A stretch of 32,000 nucleotides of DNA, taken from the NCBI RefSeq assembly GCF_000284455.1, contig NC_017039.1, forward strand, positions 1,560,001 to 1,592,000, in the 5' to 3' direction. Source of the stretch: Synechocystis sp. PCC 6803 substr. PCC-P. Its GTDB lineage: Bacteria; Cyanobacteriota; Cyanobacteriia; Cyanobacteriales; Microcystaceae. Both the position numbers and the translations under genes were made by a program. The notes beneath the pieces are model-generated. The model was not told where the DNA came from. It made no database searches and worked only from the letters and a program-made list of their open reading frames with translations. Of this stretch, positions 9,237 to 18,651 are shown piece after piece; position 1 is the stretch's first letter, and each line of letters opens with the position of its first letter.

Positions 9237-10751
9237 ATGTTTAATTGGTTCCGTCGTCAGTTTGGTAAAGATAACACTGCCCCCGAGTCTGCTCCCCCGG
9301 AAGGGGCGGAGGTTAGTCCTGAATTGGCACCGGAGGTAATCCAGGCAGAAACCGAATCCCCCAGCGAGGAAGATTCTCAAACAACGGAATTAGCTGCTCC
9401 CCCCCCCGAGGAACCAAGCTCAGACACTGCCAACCCGGACGATTATCTCCAATGGGCGAAAGCGGCGTACCAAAATATTCAGGCCCGTAAAGCGGAAACT
9501 GTTAGCCCGCCAGAGTCTGCCGCAGCGATCACGGTTGAAGCAGGAATAGAAGAAACCGCAGAAGAAATAGTTGTTGCCCCCGAATCTGACCAAGCAACAG
9601 CTACAGAGGCAGATCTCCCTTCTCCTGAAACCGAAATAACAACCGGCCCCGCTTGGTTACAAAAGTCCGATCGCCTAGAAGCCTTAAAAGAAACGGCGGT
9701 GGAAGAAGCCACAGTGGCGGGCACCCTAACTGCTGAATCCATGGCCATGGACGATGACTTCATGTGGTCAGCCAAGGTCCTAGCGGCCCAAGGGCGATCG
9801 GCAGCGGATGTGTCGGCGGAAGAAATTGATTGGCTGAGGAAACTGCGGCAGGGACTGAGTAAAACCAGGGTTAACCTAGTCAACCAACTTAAATCCATCG
9901 TGGGCCAGGGGCCCCTCAACGAGGCGGCGGTAGAGGAGATTGAAGCGATTCTGCTCCAGGCCGATGTGGGCGTTGAAGCCACCGATTACATCATTACCAC
10001 CCTTCAGGACAAATTGCGAGAGGAAGCATTGCCCCCGGAACAGGCCATTGAATTCCTCAAAGAAATTTTGCGTTCCATCCTCGATCGCCCTTTGTTATCC
10101 CTGCCCAGTGCTGAATTTGCCCCGGAAGCGGAAGGGCTGAATGTCTGGTTATTGACGGGGGTTAATGGAGCCGGCAAAACCACCACCATCGGTAAGTTGG
10201 CCTTTATGGCCAAACAATCCGGTTATGACTGTGTGATTGCGGCGGCGGATACTTTTCGGGCGGCGGCGGTGGAACAGGTGAAAGTTTGGGGGGAAAGGAG
10301 TGGCGTTCCCGTCATTGCTAACCCTGGGCAAAATACTGACCCGGCGGCGGTGGTCTATGACGGCATTAGTGCAGCCCAGTCCCGTAACGTTAATTTGCTG
10401 TTGGTGGATACGGCGGGAAGGTTACAAAATAAGAAAAATTTGATGGACGAGCTAGCCAAAATCCGGCGCATTATCGACAAAAAAGCCCCCAACGCCACGG
10501 TGGAATCTTTACTAGTATTGGATGCCACCCTGGGGCAAAACGGTTTACGCCAAGCGGAAGTATTTGCCGAGGCCGCCAAATTGAGCGGAGTGGTGCTGAC
10601 CAAATTGGATGGCAGCGCTAAGGGAGGGGTGGCCCTGGCGGTGGCCCAGCAGTTGAATCTGCCCATTCGTTTTATCGGTGCAGGGGAAGGCATTGAGGAT
10701 TTGCGTCCCTTTTCCAGCTATGAATTTGTTGAAGCCCTACTAAACGGTTAA
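9237..10751 (+). CDS. ftsY: Signal recognition particle receptor FtsY
   Basis: A long acidic Pro/Glu-rich A-domain is followed by the NG domain with GVNGAGKTTTIGKLA, DTAGRL, TKLDGSAKGG and FIGAGEGIEDL. Confidence 0.95.
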   Translation: MFNWFRRQFGKDNTAPESAPPEGAEVSPELAPEVIQAETESPSEEDSQTTELAAPPPEEPSSDTANPDDYLQWAKAAYQNIQARKAETVSPPESAAAITVEAGIEETAEEIVVAPESDQATATEADLPSPETEITTGPAWLQKSDRLEALKETAVEEATVAGTLTAESMAMDDDFMWSAKVLAAQGRSAADVSAEEIDWLRKLRQGLSKTRVNLVNQLKSIVGQGPLNEAAVEEIEAILLQADVGVEATDYIITTLQDKLREEALPPEQAIEFLKEILRSILDRPLLSLPSAEFAPEAEGLNVWLLTGVNGAGKTTTIGKLAFMAKQSGYDCVIAAADTFRAAAVEQVKVWGERSGVPVIANPGQNTDPAAVVYDGISAAQSRNVNLLLVDTAGRLQNKKNLMDELAKIRRIIDKKAPNATVESLLVLDATLGQNGLRQAEVFAEAAKLSGVVLTKLDGSAKGGVALAVAQQLNLPIRFIGAGEGIEDLRPFSSYEFVEALLNG

Positions 10752-10758
10752 TATTTTT

Positions 10759-11643
10759 GTGCTAAGAGCGACCAGTGATCGATCGCCGTTGTTTGAGTGT
10801 AATCCTGCCCTGGACGGTTGGTCTTTGGGGGGGCGGGATCCGGAAACCATCAAACGGTTAATGCCTTTTTGGGAATGGTTTTACAAATACTATTTCCGGG
10901 TGCAGACTAGTGGCTGGGAAAATTTACCGCCGGGACAGGTATTGCTGGTGGGTTCCCATAATGGCGGCCTTTCTTCACCGGATATGGTGATGATGATTTA
11001 CGACTGGTTTCGTTGCCAGGGTTTACATCGCCCTGTGTACGGTTTAATGCATCCCACGGTTTGGAAAATGAGCCGTCCCCTGGCAGAGTTGGCCGTTAAG
11101 GTGGGGGCAGTCCAAGCTCATCCCAAAATGGCGATCGCCGCTCTGCAATCCGGGGCCAGTGTGTTGGTTTACCCCGGTGGAGCCCAGGATGTATTTCGTC
11201 CCTTTAGCCAACGACATGAAATTTATTTTGCCGGTCGTAAAGGTTTTATTAAATTGGCCCTGCGGCAAGGGGTACCCATCGTCCCGGCGATCGCCGTCGG
11301 TTCCCACGAAACTCTGTTGGTTATGGGGGATTGCTACGACCAAGTTAAATATCTCCATGACCTTGGTATGCCTTGGCTATTGGACGTGGACCCGGTGGTT
11401 TTTCCCATTTATCTGGGTTTGCCCTGGGGTCTAGCGTTAGGCCCCCTGCCCCATGTGCCTTTACCGTTGACTATGCACACTCGCATCTGTCCACCGATCT
11501 ACTTTGAGCGTTACGGCAACGACGCCGCCAAAGATAAGGATTATGTCGAGCAGTGTTATCAACTGGTGAAAACGGAGATGCAACGGGAGCTAGATCAACT
11601 GGCTGAAACTGCCAATATTTTGCCTCAATTAAATTTTCTCTGA
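10759..11643 (+). CDS. DAGAT/lysophospholipid-acyltransferase-like acyltransferase (GTG start)
   Basis: VGSHNGG...(H-x4-D-like region)...YPGGAQD...GFIKLALRQGVPIVP is typical of the DGAT2/PlsC-like superfamily. It starts 8 nt after the ftsY stop, so co-transcription is likely. From memory, the Synechocystis member of this family (slr2103) was reported to have DGAT/phytyl-ester synthase activity. Confidence 0.8.
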   Translation: MLRATSDRSPLFECNPALDGWSLGGRDPETIKRLMPFWEWFYKYYFRVQTSGWENLPPGQVLLVGSHNGGLSSPDMVMMIYDWFRCQGLHRPVYGLMHPTVWKMSRPLAELAVKVGAVQAHPKMAIAALQSGASVLVYPGGAQDVFRPFSQRHEIYFAGRKGFIKLALRQGVPIVPAIAVGSHETLLVMGDCYDQVKYLHDLGMPWLLDVDPVVFPIYLGLPWGLALGPLPHVPLPLTMHTRICPPIYFERYGNDAAKDKDYVEQCYQLVKTEMQRELDQLAETANILPQLNFL

Positions 11644-11876
11644 ACAGGGTTTGGCCCGTAAAAACACTTTTGTCGTAACTGGCTTGATAAAAATATTTGA
11701 AGCAGAGTAATAGGTAAATGTCGACTTCATCTATAGCGGTGAATCTATAGTTTTGCTGGAAAATATCATTGTGCGGATGGGCGCAAAAATCCGCTGATGT
11801 TTGTTGGAATAAATTAAAATCAAACTAGTCTGGTCTATATCAGCCGGGACATTAGCAATCATCTGTCTCCCCCAGA

Positions 11877-14729
11877 ATGAAGTCTTTTTTCCTCAACACA
11901 TTTTCTCCGTTGCGTAGTACGGCCAGATTCTGGGTGTTAGTGGCCTTACTCACTTCCATGGAGTTATCTGCCAGCCAGTTGAGGGATACGGAACAAGCGG
12001 TGGCCATAGAGGAGTCAAAATGCACCGATTGCGTTGAAGGTAGGGGGACAGGAATTGTTCGGGGGGAAAGTTTTGCCCAGGTTGAAACGGTTCCCACCGA
12101 GGCCAAGGTGGAGCAGATAAAGCCAATGATCGAAAGAATAAGTCCACATCTAGGATTGGTGGGGTTCGGACTGGCGTTTATCGGGGTATTATGGCTGACT
12201 TATTTGCTCAAAAAAGATCGGCAAACCAAGGCGCAATTAGCTTTTCAAGCACGGCGGTCCGATGTTTTGTTGGAATTACCCCAGTACGCCGATCGCCTGA
12301 GTGAAGTGGAATTTTTACAACGGGGTCAGGAGTTTGCAGAGGAACTGACGAAAAGTAAGATCGCCTTTATTCATTTTGTCAATGATGACGAACAGACCAT
12401 TGAATTGGTGGCTTGGTCCCGGGCCACCTTGGCCAACTATTGTCGTGTTGTAGCCGCTAGCCATTATCCCGTGGAAGAAGCAGGCATTTGGGCCGATGCG
12501 TTGAGACTCCGTCGCCCGGTGTTGATCAATGATTACGCCACCCACCAAGGGAAAAAAGGTTTGCCGGAGGGCCATGCCTATTTAGCCCGGTTGATCAGCG
12601 TCCCTGTTATCGACGATGGCAAAGTGGTGATGCTCACCGGGGTTGGTAATAAGGACGTTTTTTACACTGACCAGGATGTGGAAACCGTGCAATTAATTTC
12701 TAATGAAATCTGGCGCATTGCCCGTTCCCGTCGCCTAGTCAAAAAATTAACGGAAAGTGAAAACCGTTACCGCCTGGCCCAGGCGATCGCCAAAATTGGT
12801 AACTGGGAACTGGACTATGCCACCAACGTGCTTTTTTGGTCGCCGGAAGTGTTCAATCTGTTTGAGATTGCCCCCCAGGATTTTGCTGGAACCTATGAAG
12901 CCTTTCTCAATCTCATTCATCCCGGCGATCGAGAGTTGGTTGATGAAGCCTATCAGTGCCATCTGCAAAAATATCAACCCTACGATATTGTCCATCGCCT
13001 CCTAATGCCTGATGGTCGGATTAAGTATGTTCAGGAGCAATGTAATACCGTTTTTGATAAAAATAATCTGCCCCTTTTATCGAGGGGAACTATCCAAGAT
13101 GTTACGGAGTTACAGGAAGCACAAATTTCCCTAGAACACCTCAATGAAAAATTAGAGCAACGGATTCAGGAGCGAACTCAAGAGCTAGAAAACAGTCAAG
13201 AAAGCTTATTGGAAGCAAAGCTGGTGGCGGAGGGGGCCACCAAAGCCAAAAGTGAGTTTCTCGCCAATATGAGCCATGAAATCCGCACCCCCATGAACGC
13301 CATCATTGGCATGAGCGAGTTGGTTTTGCAAACGGATTTGACCAGTCAACAACGGAACTATCTCCAAAAAGTCCAGTATGCGGGGGAGTTATTGTTGGGA
13401 ATTATCAACAATATTTTAGATTTTTCCAAAATGGAAGCGGGCAAATTAGAGCTTGAGCAAAAGCCTTTTTCCGTGGAAGAAGTGATGGGTAATCTCCACA
13501 GTATTTTAGGCATCCAAGCGGAAGCCAAAGGTTTAACCCTTAACTTTCATCTTGATCCTAGAATTCCCCCGATTTTAGTTGGCGATCGCCTCCGTCTCAG
13601 CCAGATTTTGATCAACCTGGGCAATAATGCAGTCAAATTCACCAACCAAGGCGAAATTACCATTCGGGGCCAGTTGTTAAAAACCGAAAACGAGCAAACC
13701 AAACTACAATTTTCGGTCACAGATACGGGCATTGGTTTGACCCCCGACCAACAAAGCAAACTGTTTCAATGGTTTAACCAGGGGGAAACCTCCACCTCCC
13801 GCCAGTACGGGGGCACGGGTTTGGGTTTAGCCATCAGTAAATCCCTAACGGAGTTGATGGGAGGAGATATTTGGCTGGAGAGCGTGGTGGGCCAAGGAAG
13901 CACCTTTCATTTCACGGTTTGTTTGGGAACAGCTTCCCCAGCGGTGGCCCAAGATTATCTGGTTAGTCGGGTCTCCATTCTGGAGGCGAAACCATCGGTA
14001 ACCCAGGCGATCACCCAACTGGAGGGGGCCAGCATTTTACTGGTGGAAGACAATGAGATTAACCGGGAATTTGCCCATGATCTACTGACTTCTAAAGGGT
14101 TGCGGGTACAAGTGGCCAATAACGGCCAAGAAGCTTTAACTTTGTTGACCAGTAATACCTACGATGCCATTTTAATGGACATTCAAATGCCGATGCTCAA
14201 TGGTTATGATGCCACCCGGGCCATCCGGCAACAGGAATATCACCGCAATCTGCCCATTATTGCCATGACCGCCAATGCTATGGCCGGCGATCAGGAAAAA
14301 GCCCTAGATGCAGGCATGAATGACCATTTAACCAAGCCAATTAAGCCTGATCTACTTTTCCAAACCCTAGCCCATTGGATTCCGCCCAATTCTGCCAGGG
14401 AGAAAAAAAATCCAAGCAGCAATCTAAAAGCAGATTTGTCATTTTCCTCCATGACGGGCATTAATCAACAGATTGGCATGCAATATATCGAAAATGTGGA
14501 GCTTTACCACCGGCTTTTGGTTAAATTCGGCGATCGCTACTCCAACTTTGCAGATCAATTTAGAACAGAGCAAGCCAGCGACGACCCCACAGCGGCAACT
14601 CGCTATGCCCACAGCATCAAGGGTGCAGCGGCACTGCTGGGAATAGAAAATGTGCACCATACAGCTCAGCAGTTGGAAGATAGTTGCCGTGAACATGAGT
14701 CACCGGAGATGATTGACCGCCATCTCTAG
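11877..14729 (+). CDS. Hybrid sensor histidine kinase: signal/TM, GAF, PAS, HisKA-HATPase, REC, HPt
   Basis: H-box [56 protein letters not shown], HPt motif [11 protein letters not shown] (His codon 14610..14612). It is a paralogue of the kinase at 2143..5928. From memory probably Hik22/slr2104. See the finding on its stop codon. Confidence 0.9.
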   Translation: MKSFFLNTFSPLRSTARFWVLVALLTSMELSASQLRDTEQAVAIEESKCTDCVEGRGTGIVRGESFAQVETVPTEAKVEQIKPMIERISPHLGLVGFGLAFIGVLWLTYLLKKDRQTKAQLAFQARRSDVLLELPQYADRLSEVEFLQRGQEFAEELTKSKIAFIHFVNDDEQTIELVAWSRATLANYCRVVAASHYPVEEAGIWADALRLRRPVLINDYATHQGKKGLPEGHAYLARLISVPVIDDGKVVMLTGVGNKDVFYTDQDVETVQLISNEIWRIARSRRLVKKLTESENRYRLAQAIAKIGNWELDYATNVLFWSPEVFNLFEIAPQDFAGTYEAFLNLIHPGDRELVDEAYQCHLQKYQPYDIVHRLLMPDGRIKYVQEQCNTVFDKNNLPLLSRGTIQDVTELQEAQISLEHLNEKLEQRIQERTQELENSQESLLEAKLVAEGATKAKSEFLANMSHEIRTPMNAIIGMSELVLQTDLTSQQRNYLQKVQYAGELLLGIINNILDFSKMEAGKLELEQKPFSVEEVMGNLHSILGIQAEAKGLTLNFHLDPRIPPILVGDRLRLSQILINLGNNAVKFTNQGEITIRGQLLKTENEQTKLQFSVTDTGIGLTPDQQSKLFQWFNQGETSTSRQYGGTGLGLAISKSLTELMGGDIWLESVVGQGSTFHFTVCLGTASPAVAQDYLVSRVSILEAKPSVTQAITQLEGASILLVEDNEINREFAHDLLTSKGLRVQVANNGQEALTLLTSNTYDAILMDIQMPMLNGYDATRAIRQQEYHRNLPIIAMTANAMAGDQEKALDAGMNDHLTKPIKPDLLFQTLAHWIPPNSAREKKNPSSNLKADLSFSSMTGINQQIGMQYIENVELYHRLLVKFGDRYSNFADQFRTEQASDDPTAATRYAHSIKGAAALLGIENVHHTAQQLEDSCREHESPEMIDRHL

Positions 14730-14951
14730 GCCGTTCAAGCCGCGCTAGAACCTGTGCTGTCTGCATTAAAAATGCTCTGAAATGGGCGTTCGAGACCTAA
14801 AAAGTGGGCAGTGGGAGGGTACTGAGTTCATACTGTGGAATGCCTAAGGAGGGCTTGCTTGGGTCATCCTCAGCCTTTTTCACCATTTCTTTCTTTTTGA
14901 ACTCAGGTTAAACTAATCCGATTTCGCTAAAGCGAGGGAATCCGGCCATGG

Positions 14952-15635
14952 CTAGGCAACCCCTTTTCTGTCCGGTACTGAAGAGACTTTTTCCCCTAAC
15001 TTGGGCTCTGTACCCTGTAATATGCGTTCAATATTGGTCCGGTGACGAACAATCACATACATCCCTGCAAGAAAGGTAAAGGCAAGATAGGGCGGGGGCA
15101 ATTGGAGAGCTAGGGCAATGCCATTAACGGCGATCGCCGCCACAATGGAACTCAGGGAAACAATGCGGGTGAAGAAAATTACGGTCAAAAAGGTGGCTAA
15201 AGTGCCCAGGGCCAACCAGATGTTGAGCATAAATAACACCCCCAGGCTGGTGGCAACGGATTTCCCACCGGAAAACTTGAGAAAAATGGATTTGCTGTGA
15301 CCCAGCACCACCGCAATGGCCACCCCCAAAGTTAACCAGTTTTGCCAGGCCGCTGGTAAGGCCGGCAACCAATCTCCGCTGTAAATGGCCCGCACCAAGG
15401 CCACAGCCATTACCCCCTTACTGATATCAATGGCTAAAACGGCGATCGCCGCCGGTTTCCCCAGGGTGCGAAACACATTGGTGGCGCCGGTGGATTTGGA
15501 ACCATGCTCCCGAATATCAATGCCCAATAACAGTTTGCCTGCTAGGTAACCAGTGGGGATAGACCCCATCAAATAGGTAATCAAGAGCAGACACAGGCAG
15601 AGTAAAAGAGCGGTGGTCATGGCGGCAGGGGACAA
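14952..15635 (-). CDS. plsY: Glycerol-3-phosphate acyltransferase PlsY (acyl-phosphate dependent)
   Basis: YLMGSIPTGYLAGK...HGSKSTGATNVFR...GHSKSIFLKFSGGKSVATS are the PlsY/YgiH family signatures in a polytopic membrane protein. The internal Met at 15620 is an alternative start. Confidence 0.9.
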   Translation of the reverse strand: MSPAAMTTALLLCLCLLLITYLMGSIPTGYLAGKLLLGIDIREHGSKSTGATNVFRTLGKPAAIAVLAIDISKGVMAVALVRAIYSGDWLPALPAAWQNWLTLGVAIAVVLGHSKSIFLKFSGGKSVATSLGVLFMLNIWLALGTLATFLTVIFFTRIVSLSSIVAAIAVNGIALALQLPPPYLAFTFLAGMYVIVRHRTNIERILQGTEPKLGEKVSSVPDRKGVA

Positions 15636-15792
15636 TAATCAGCATGGCAGGGCTAACACCAATTATTTGCTGATCCGTGCCCAATGTCACCCAGTTTAAA
15701 AATTTTGGTTAAGCCAGCTAGAACTATCGCTCCATGTATGGCCAGCCCGTTTCGGTAAGATACGATACAGAGGATTTCGCATCACATCACCT

Positions 15793-17580
15793 ATGGCTCG
15801 GCTTACTGCTCTATTTCGGACTTACGGGAAATATGCCTTCTTACCGGCGATCGCCTTTGGCTTGGCGGGGGGCATTGCCCTAGGGGTAACCGGGGTAATG
15901 AGTAAGTTATATCTAGGTTTGATGGCCATAGCAGTGATTTTTTTCTTCCTCTGGTGGACCTGGCTTTGGCAAAGATCCCAAGGTTTTCTCGGCCGGCGAT
16001 CGACCCAATCTAGCGCTAACGTGATTGCCTCCACCCTAGCGGTGTTGGCGATTTTAACCCTCATTAACTACATTGCTTTTCGTTATCCTGTCGCCTGGGA
16101 TTTGACCGAAAATCAACGGTTTACCCTCGCCCCCCAAAGTCAGAGCTTAGTGGCAGAGCTGGAACAACCCCTCAAAGTCTGGATTTTCGACGATGCCCCT
16201 AGTGAAAAAGATCGGAGGCTACTGCAAAATTACCAACGTTTCAGTGATCAATTTAGTTTTGAATTTGTGCACCCCGATCGCCGCCCTAAATTGGTACAGG
16301 ACTTTAATGTGCAAAATAAGGGAGATGTATTCATCGAGTATGGCGACAAGAAACAATTAGTTCAAAATCTACTCAGCTTCCAGCAACGGGAAGACCTTTC
16401 TGAAATTCAACTCACCAATGCCATTGCCAAAGCCCAACGCCAGGAAATACCACAGGTTTACCTCGTCCAGGGCCATGGGGAATTGCCCCTCAATAACGAA
16501 CCAAGGGGGATCTCCACCGCAGTGACCGCCCTCGAAAATCTTGGTGTGACAGTCCAACCCCTCAACGTGGTTACCGATGGAGGTATTCCAGAAGATGCCG
16601 ATGCAGTGGTCATTGCCGGGCCGACCCGCAAGTTTTTAGCGCCGGAAATTGCTACTTTAAAACAGTACACCGACCAAGGGGGTAACCTATTAGTGATGGT
16701 ATCCCCGGAAGCTGATGCCGGCTTGGAAGACCTTCTGGAGCCTTGGGGCGTAAGTTTTGATCCCAGACTGGTAATCGATCTTTCCGGAGCTGGTGGTGTG
16801 TTTGGCCTTGACCCCACCGTGCCCATTTTCAATCGTTACGGCAACCATCCCATCACCCAGAAACTCCAAGGGGCGATCGCCATTTTTCCCCTAGTACGCC
16901 CCGTGGCCACCAAGGAACAACCCCATATTCAAGCCACCACCCTAGTGGAAGCTTCGGATTTGATGTATGCCACCCAACTAATCAGTGAAGACCTGCAACC
17001 AAACCCGGAAACGGACTTGTTGGGCCCCTTTGATGTGGCTGTGGCTTTGACCAGGGAAGGGAAAGAAGTCAGTTCAGCCAAGGAAATGGAGACAGGCAAT
17101 AATACTGAACCCGAAGAAATTAACCCCTCCCCTAGTCCCCCAGTTTCCCCCAGTCCTAGTCCCACCGGCAATGGCACCAATCAACCAGAGGCAATGCCAG
17201 AAAATGACAGCAATCAAGCTGGCGATCGGGAAGAATCACCGGCCGGTGAAAACGAAGACAGTGGCAATGATCAGGCCCAAACAGCTCAACAAAATGGCGA
17301 CCCAGAGCTTCCCCCTGCCAAGATGGTGGTGGTGGGTAGTGCTGCCTTTGCCACCAATGCGTGGTTTAACGAAGCTGTCAACGGTGATATTTTTCTCAAC
17401 AGTGTGCAATGGTTAGCAGAAAACGTTGACCAACCCCTTAATGTGCGGGCCAAAGACCCCACCGATCGCCGTATTAATCTAGGAGTGCGACGAGCTACGG
17501 TTTTAGGGTGGTTAACCTGGGTGATTGTCCCCCTAATCGGCCTAGGGCTAGCGGTGTTTACCTGGTGGCGACAAAGGTAA
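15793..17580 (+). CDS. GldG-like ABC-transporter auxiliary component (N- and C-terminal TM anchors)
   Basis: N-terminal TM helices, a large exported domain of GldG/ABC_transp_aux type (RFTLAPQS...VWIFDD...VVIAGP...FLNSVQWL) and a C-terminal TM helix (VLGWLTWVIVPLIGLGLAVFTWW). The family assignment is from memory of domain patterns. Confidence 0.7.
   Translation: MARLTALFRTYGKYAFLPAIAFGLAGGIALGVTGVMSKLYLGLMAIAVIFFFLWWTWLWQRSQGFLGRRSTQSSANVIASTLAVLAILTLINYIAFRYPVAWDLTENQRFTLAPQSQSLVAELEQPLKVWIFDDAPSEKDRRLLQNYQRFSDQFSFEFVHPDRRPKLVQDFNVQNKGDVFIEYGDKKQLVQNLLSFQQREDLSEIQLTNAIAKAQRQEIPQVYLVQGHGELPLNNEPRGISTAVTALENLGVTVQPLNVVTDGGIPEDADAVVIAGPTRKFLAPEIATLKQYTDQGGNLLVMVSPEADAGLEDLLEPWGVSFDPRLVIDLSGAGGVFGLDPTVPIFNRYGNHPITQKLQGAIAIFPLVRPVATKEQPHIQATTLVEASDLMYATQLISEDLQPNPETDLLGPFDVAVALTREGKEVSSAKEMETGNNTEPEEINPSPSPPVSPSPSPTGNGTNQPEAMPENDSNQAGDREESPAGENEDSGNDQAQTAQQNGDPELPPAKMVVVGSAAFATNAWFNEAVNGDIFLNSVQWLAENVDQPLNVRAKDPTDRRINLGVRRATVLGWLTWVIVPLIGLGLAVFTWWRQR
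16873..16880. repeat. HIP1 octamer (last copy before the 3.2-kb HIP1-free stretch)
   Basis: Exact GCGATCGC. Confidence 0.95.
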
Positions 17581-17752
17581 GGGTAATTAGAATTTTTTTA
17601 AAAAGTACCCCCGGAACCCCAAGTTTGGAGAAGAATCGGATTAAATTCTCCCGATATTGCCCAATCTTTAATGGGTCAATTCTGGTGAACAAATGATGCC
17701 AATAGGTCCTTAAAACCTCTTGAATACAAGGTTTTGAACACCATGGGAGCCC

Positions 17753-18271
17753 TTAATATTCCACCAGGGAAATAATTGGTAAATCCGGTAAACATTGACG
17801 GCCATTGAGGGCCGCAAGCTCAATGATAAAAGCAAAACCTAACACCTCACAGCCAAGCTTAGTTAACAATTCAGCAGTGGCCTTGGCGGTTCCCCCCGTA
17901 GCGATTAAGTCGTCCACAATTAACACCCGATGGTGGGGAGCTACCGCATCCTGATGGATTTCTAAAGAGTCTTTACCGTACTCTAAATCATACTCAACTC
18001 GGTGGACTGGGGCTGGTAATTTGCCTGGTTTTCGTACAGGGATAAAACCGGCATTCATTTGATAGGCAAGGGGCATGCCAAATAAAAACCCCCGGGATTC
18101 CATGCCCACCACATGGTCCGGCACAAGTTCCTGGCTTTCACATTGTTCCACCAGGGAGTCGATGGTGTAGCGCAGTCCCTCCGGACTATTGAGCAGGGTG
18201 GTTATATCCCTAAACATAATGCCTGGCTTGGGGAAGTCCGGTATATCCCGAATTAAAGCTTTTAAATCCAT
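17753..18271 (-). CDS. apt: Adenine phosphoribosyltransferase
   Basis: [19 protein letters not shown] and the PRPP loop [14 protein letters not shown]; 172 aa. Confidence 0.95.
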   Translation of the reverse strand: MDLKALIRDIPDFPKPGIMFRDITTLLNSPEGLRYTIDSLVEQCESQELVPDHVVGMESRGFLFGMPLAYQMNAGFIPVRKPGKLPAPVHRVEYDLEYGKDSLEIHQDAVAPHHRVLIVDDLIATGGTAKATAELLTKLGCEVLGFAFIIELAALNGRQCLPDLPIISLVEY

Positions 18272-18484
18272 AATGCGATGGTTTAAGGTCGTTACGGCAA
18301 CAGGTTCAGGCTACAGTGTACCTTTAACTGATGATTAGCGATAAATTCCCAACTCTACGGATAGGTGAGCGGTGGGGTACAGGGGAATTCTCTACAAGCA
18401 TTATGCTGTGACGTTGCTAGATATCAGTAAACGTGTTTATCTCAACCACCCTTAATGAAGTTATTTCCCCTCCATTTACTGATG

Positions 18485-18520
18485 CCCTTACACTTGCAAT
18501 AGGCTGTAAGGGTTTGTTCT
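18485..18520 (+). terminator. Terminator-like hairpin (8-bp stem plus T-tract) with no plus-strand gene to terminate
   Basis: CCCTTACA (18485..18492) pairs with TGTAAGGG (18505..18512) over a 12-nt loop and is followed by TTTGTTCT. Its 3' arm overlaps the left direct repeat of the islet. Confidence 0.35.
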
Positions 18521-18527
18521 ACGGAAA
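18510..18527. repeat. Left direct repeat flanking the AT-rich islet
   Basis: GGGTTTGTTCTACGGAAA; compare 19939..19954, GGGTTTGTTACGGAAA (identical apart from a CT indel). Confidence 0.7.
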
Positions 18528-18651
18528 TAGTGCTATCTTAAGTAAATTCTCTAGCACCATAAGTAAAAACACTATGGGGTGAAGTATTAAACGGTTTAGG
18601 TTTTGCCATAGTCTAACCAAAAACGCCGTAGTTACAATAACTAAATTAAAT

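Noticed and set aside
9479-9982. 167-aa minus-strand ORF inside ftsY
   Set aside because: It is a shadow ORF antisense to a confidently identified gene, with a low-complexity Ser/Ala/Thr-rich translation and no motifs.
14403-14410. A8 homopolymer inside the second hybrid kinase (linker between REC and HPt)
   Set aside because: It could be slippage-prone, but the reading frame is intact through it and alternative frames do not yield a meaningful product. It is probably just a Lys-Lys-Asn linker.
15755-15768. Canonical GTA-N8-TAC (GTAAGATACGATAC) between plsY and the GldG-like gene
   Set aside because: The 6-position pattern is expected about 8 times per 32 kb by chance. It sits only about 25 nt from the downstream ATG, with no room for a -10 box and UTR, and no TAN3T follows at the right distance for either gene.
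17508-17696. 62-aa plus-strand ORF overlapping the end of the GldG-like gene and the intergenic spacer
   Set aside because: It overlaps a supported CDS out of frame and continues into AT-rich spacer; no RBS or motifs.
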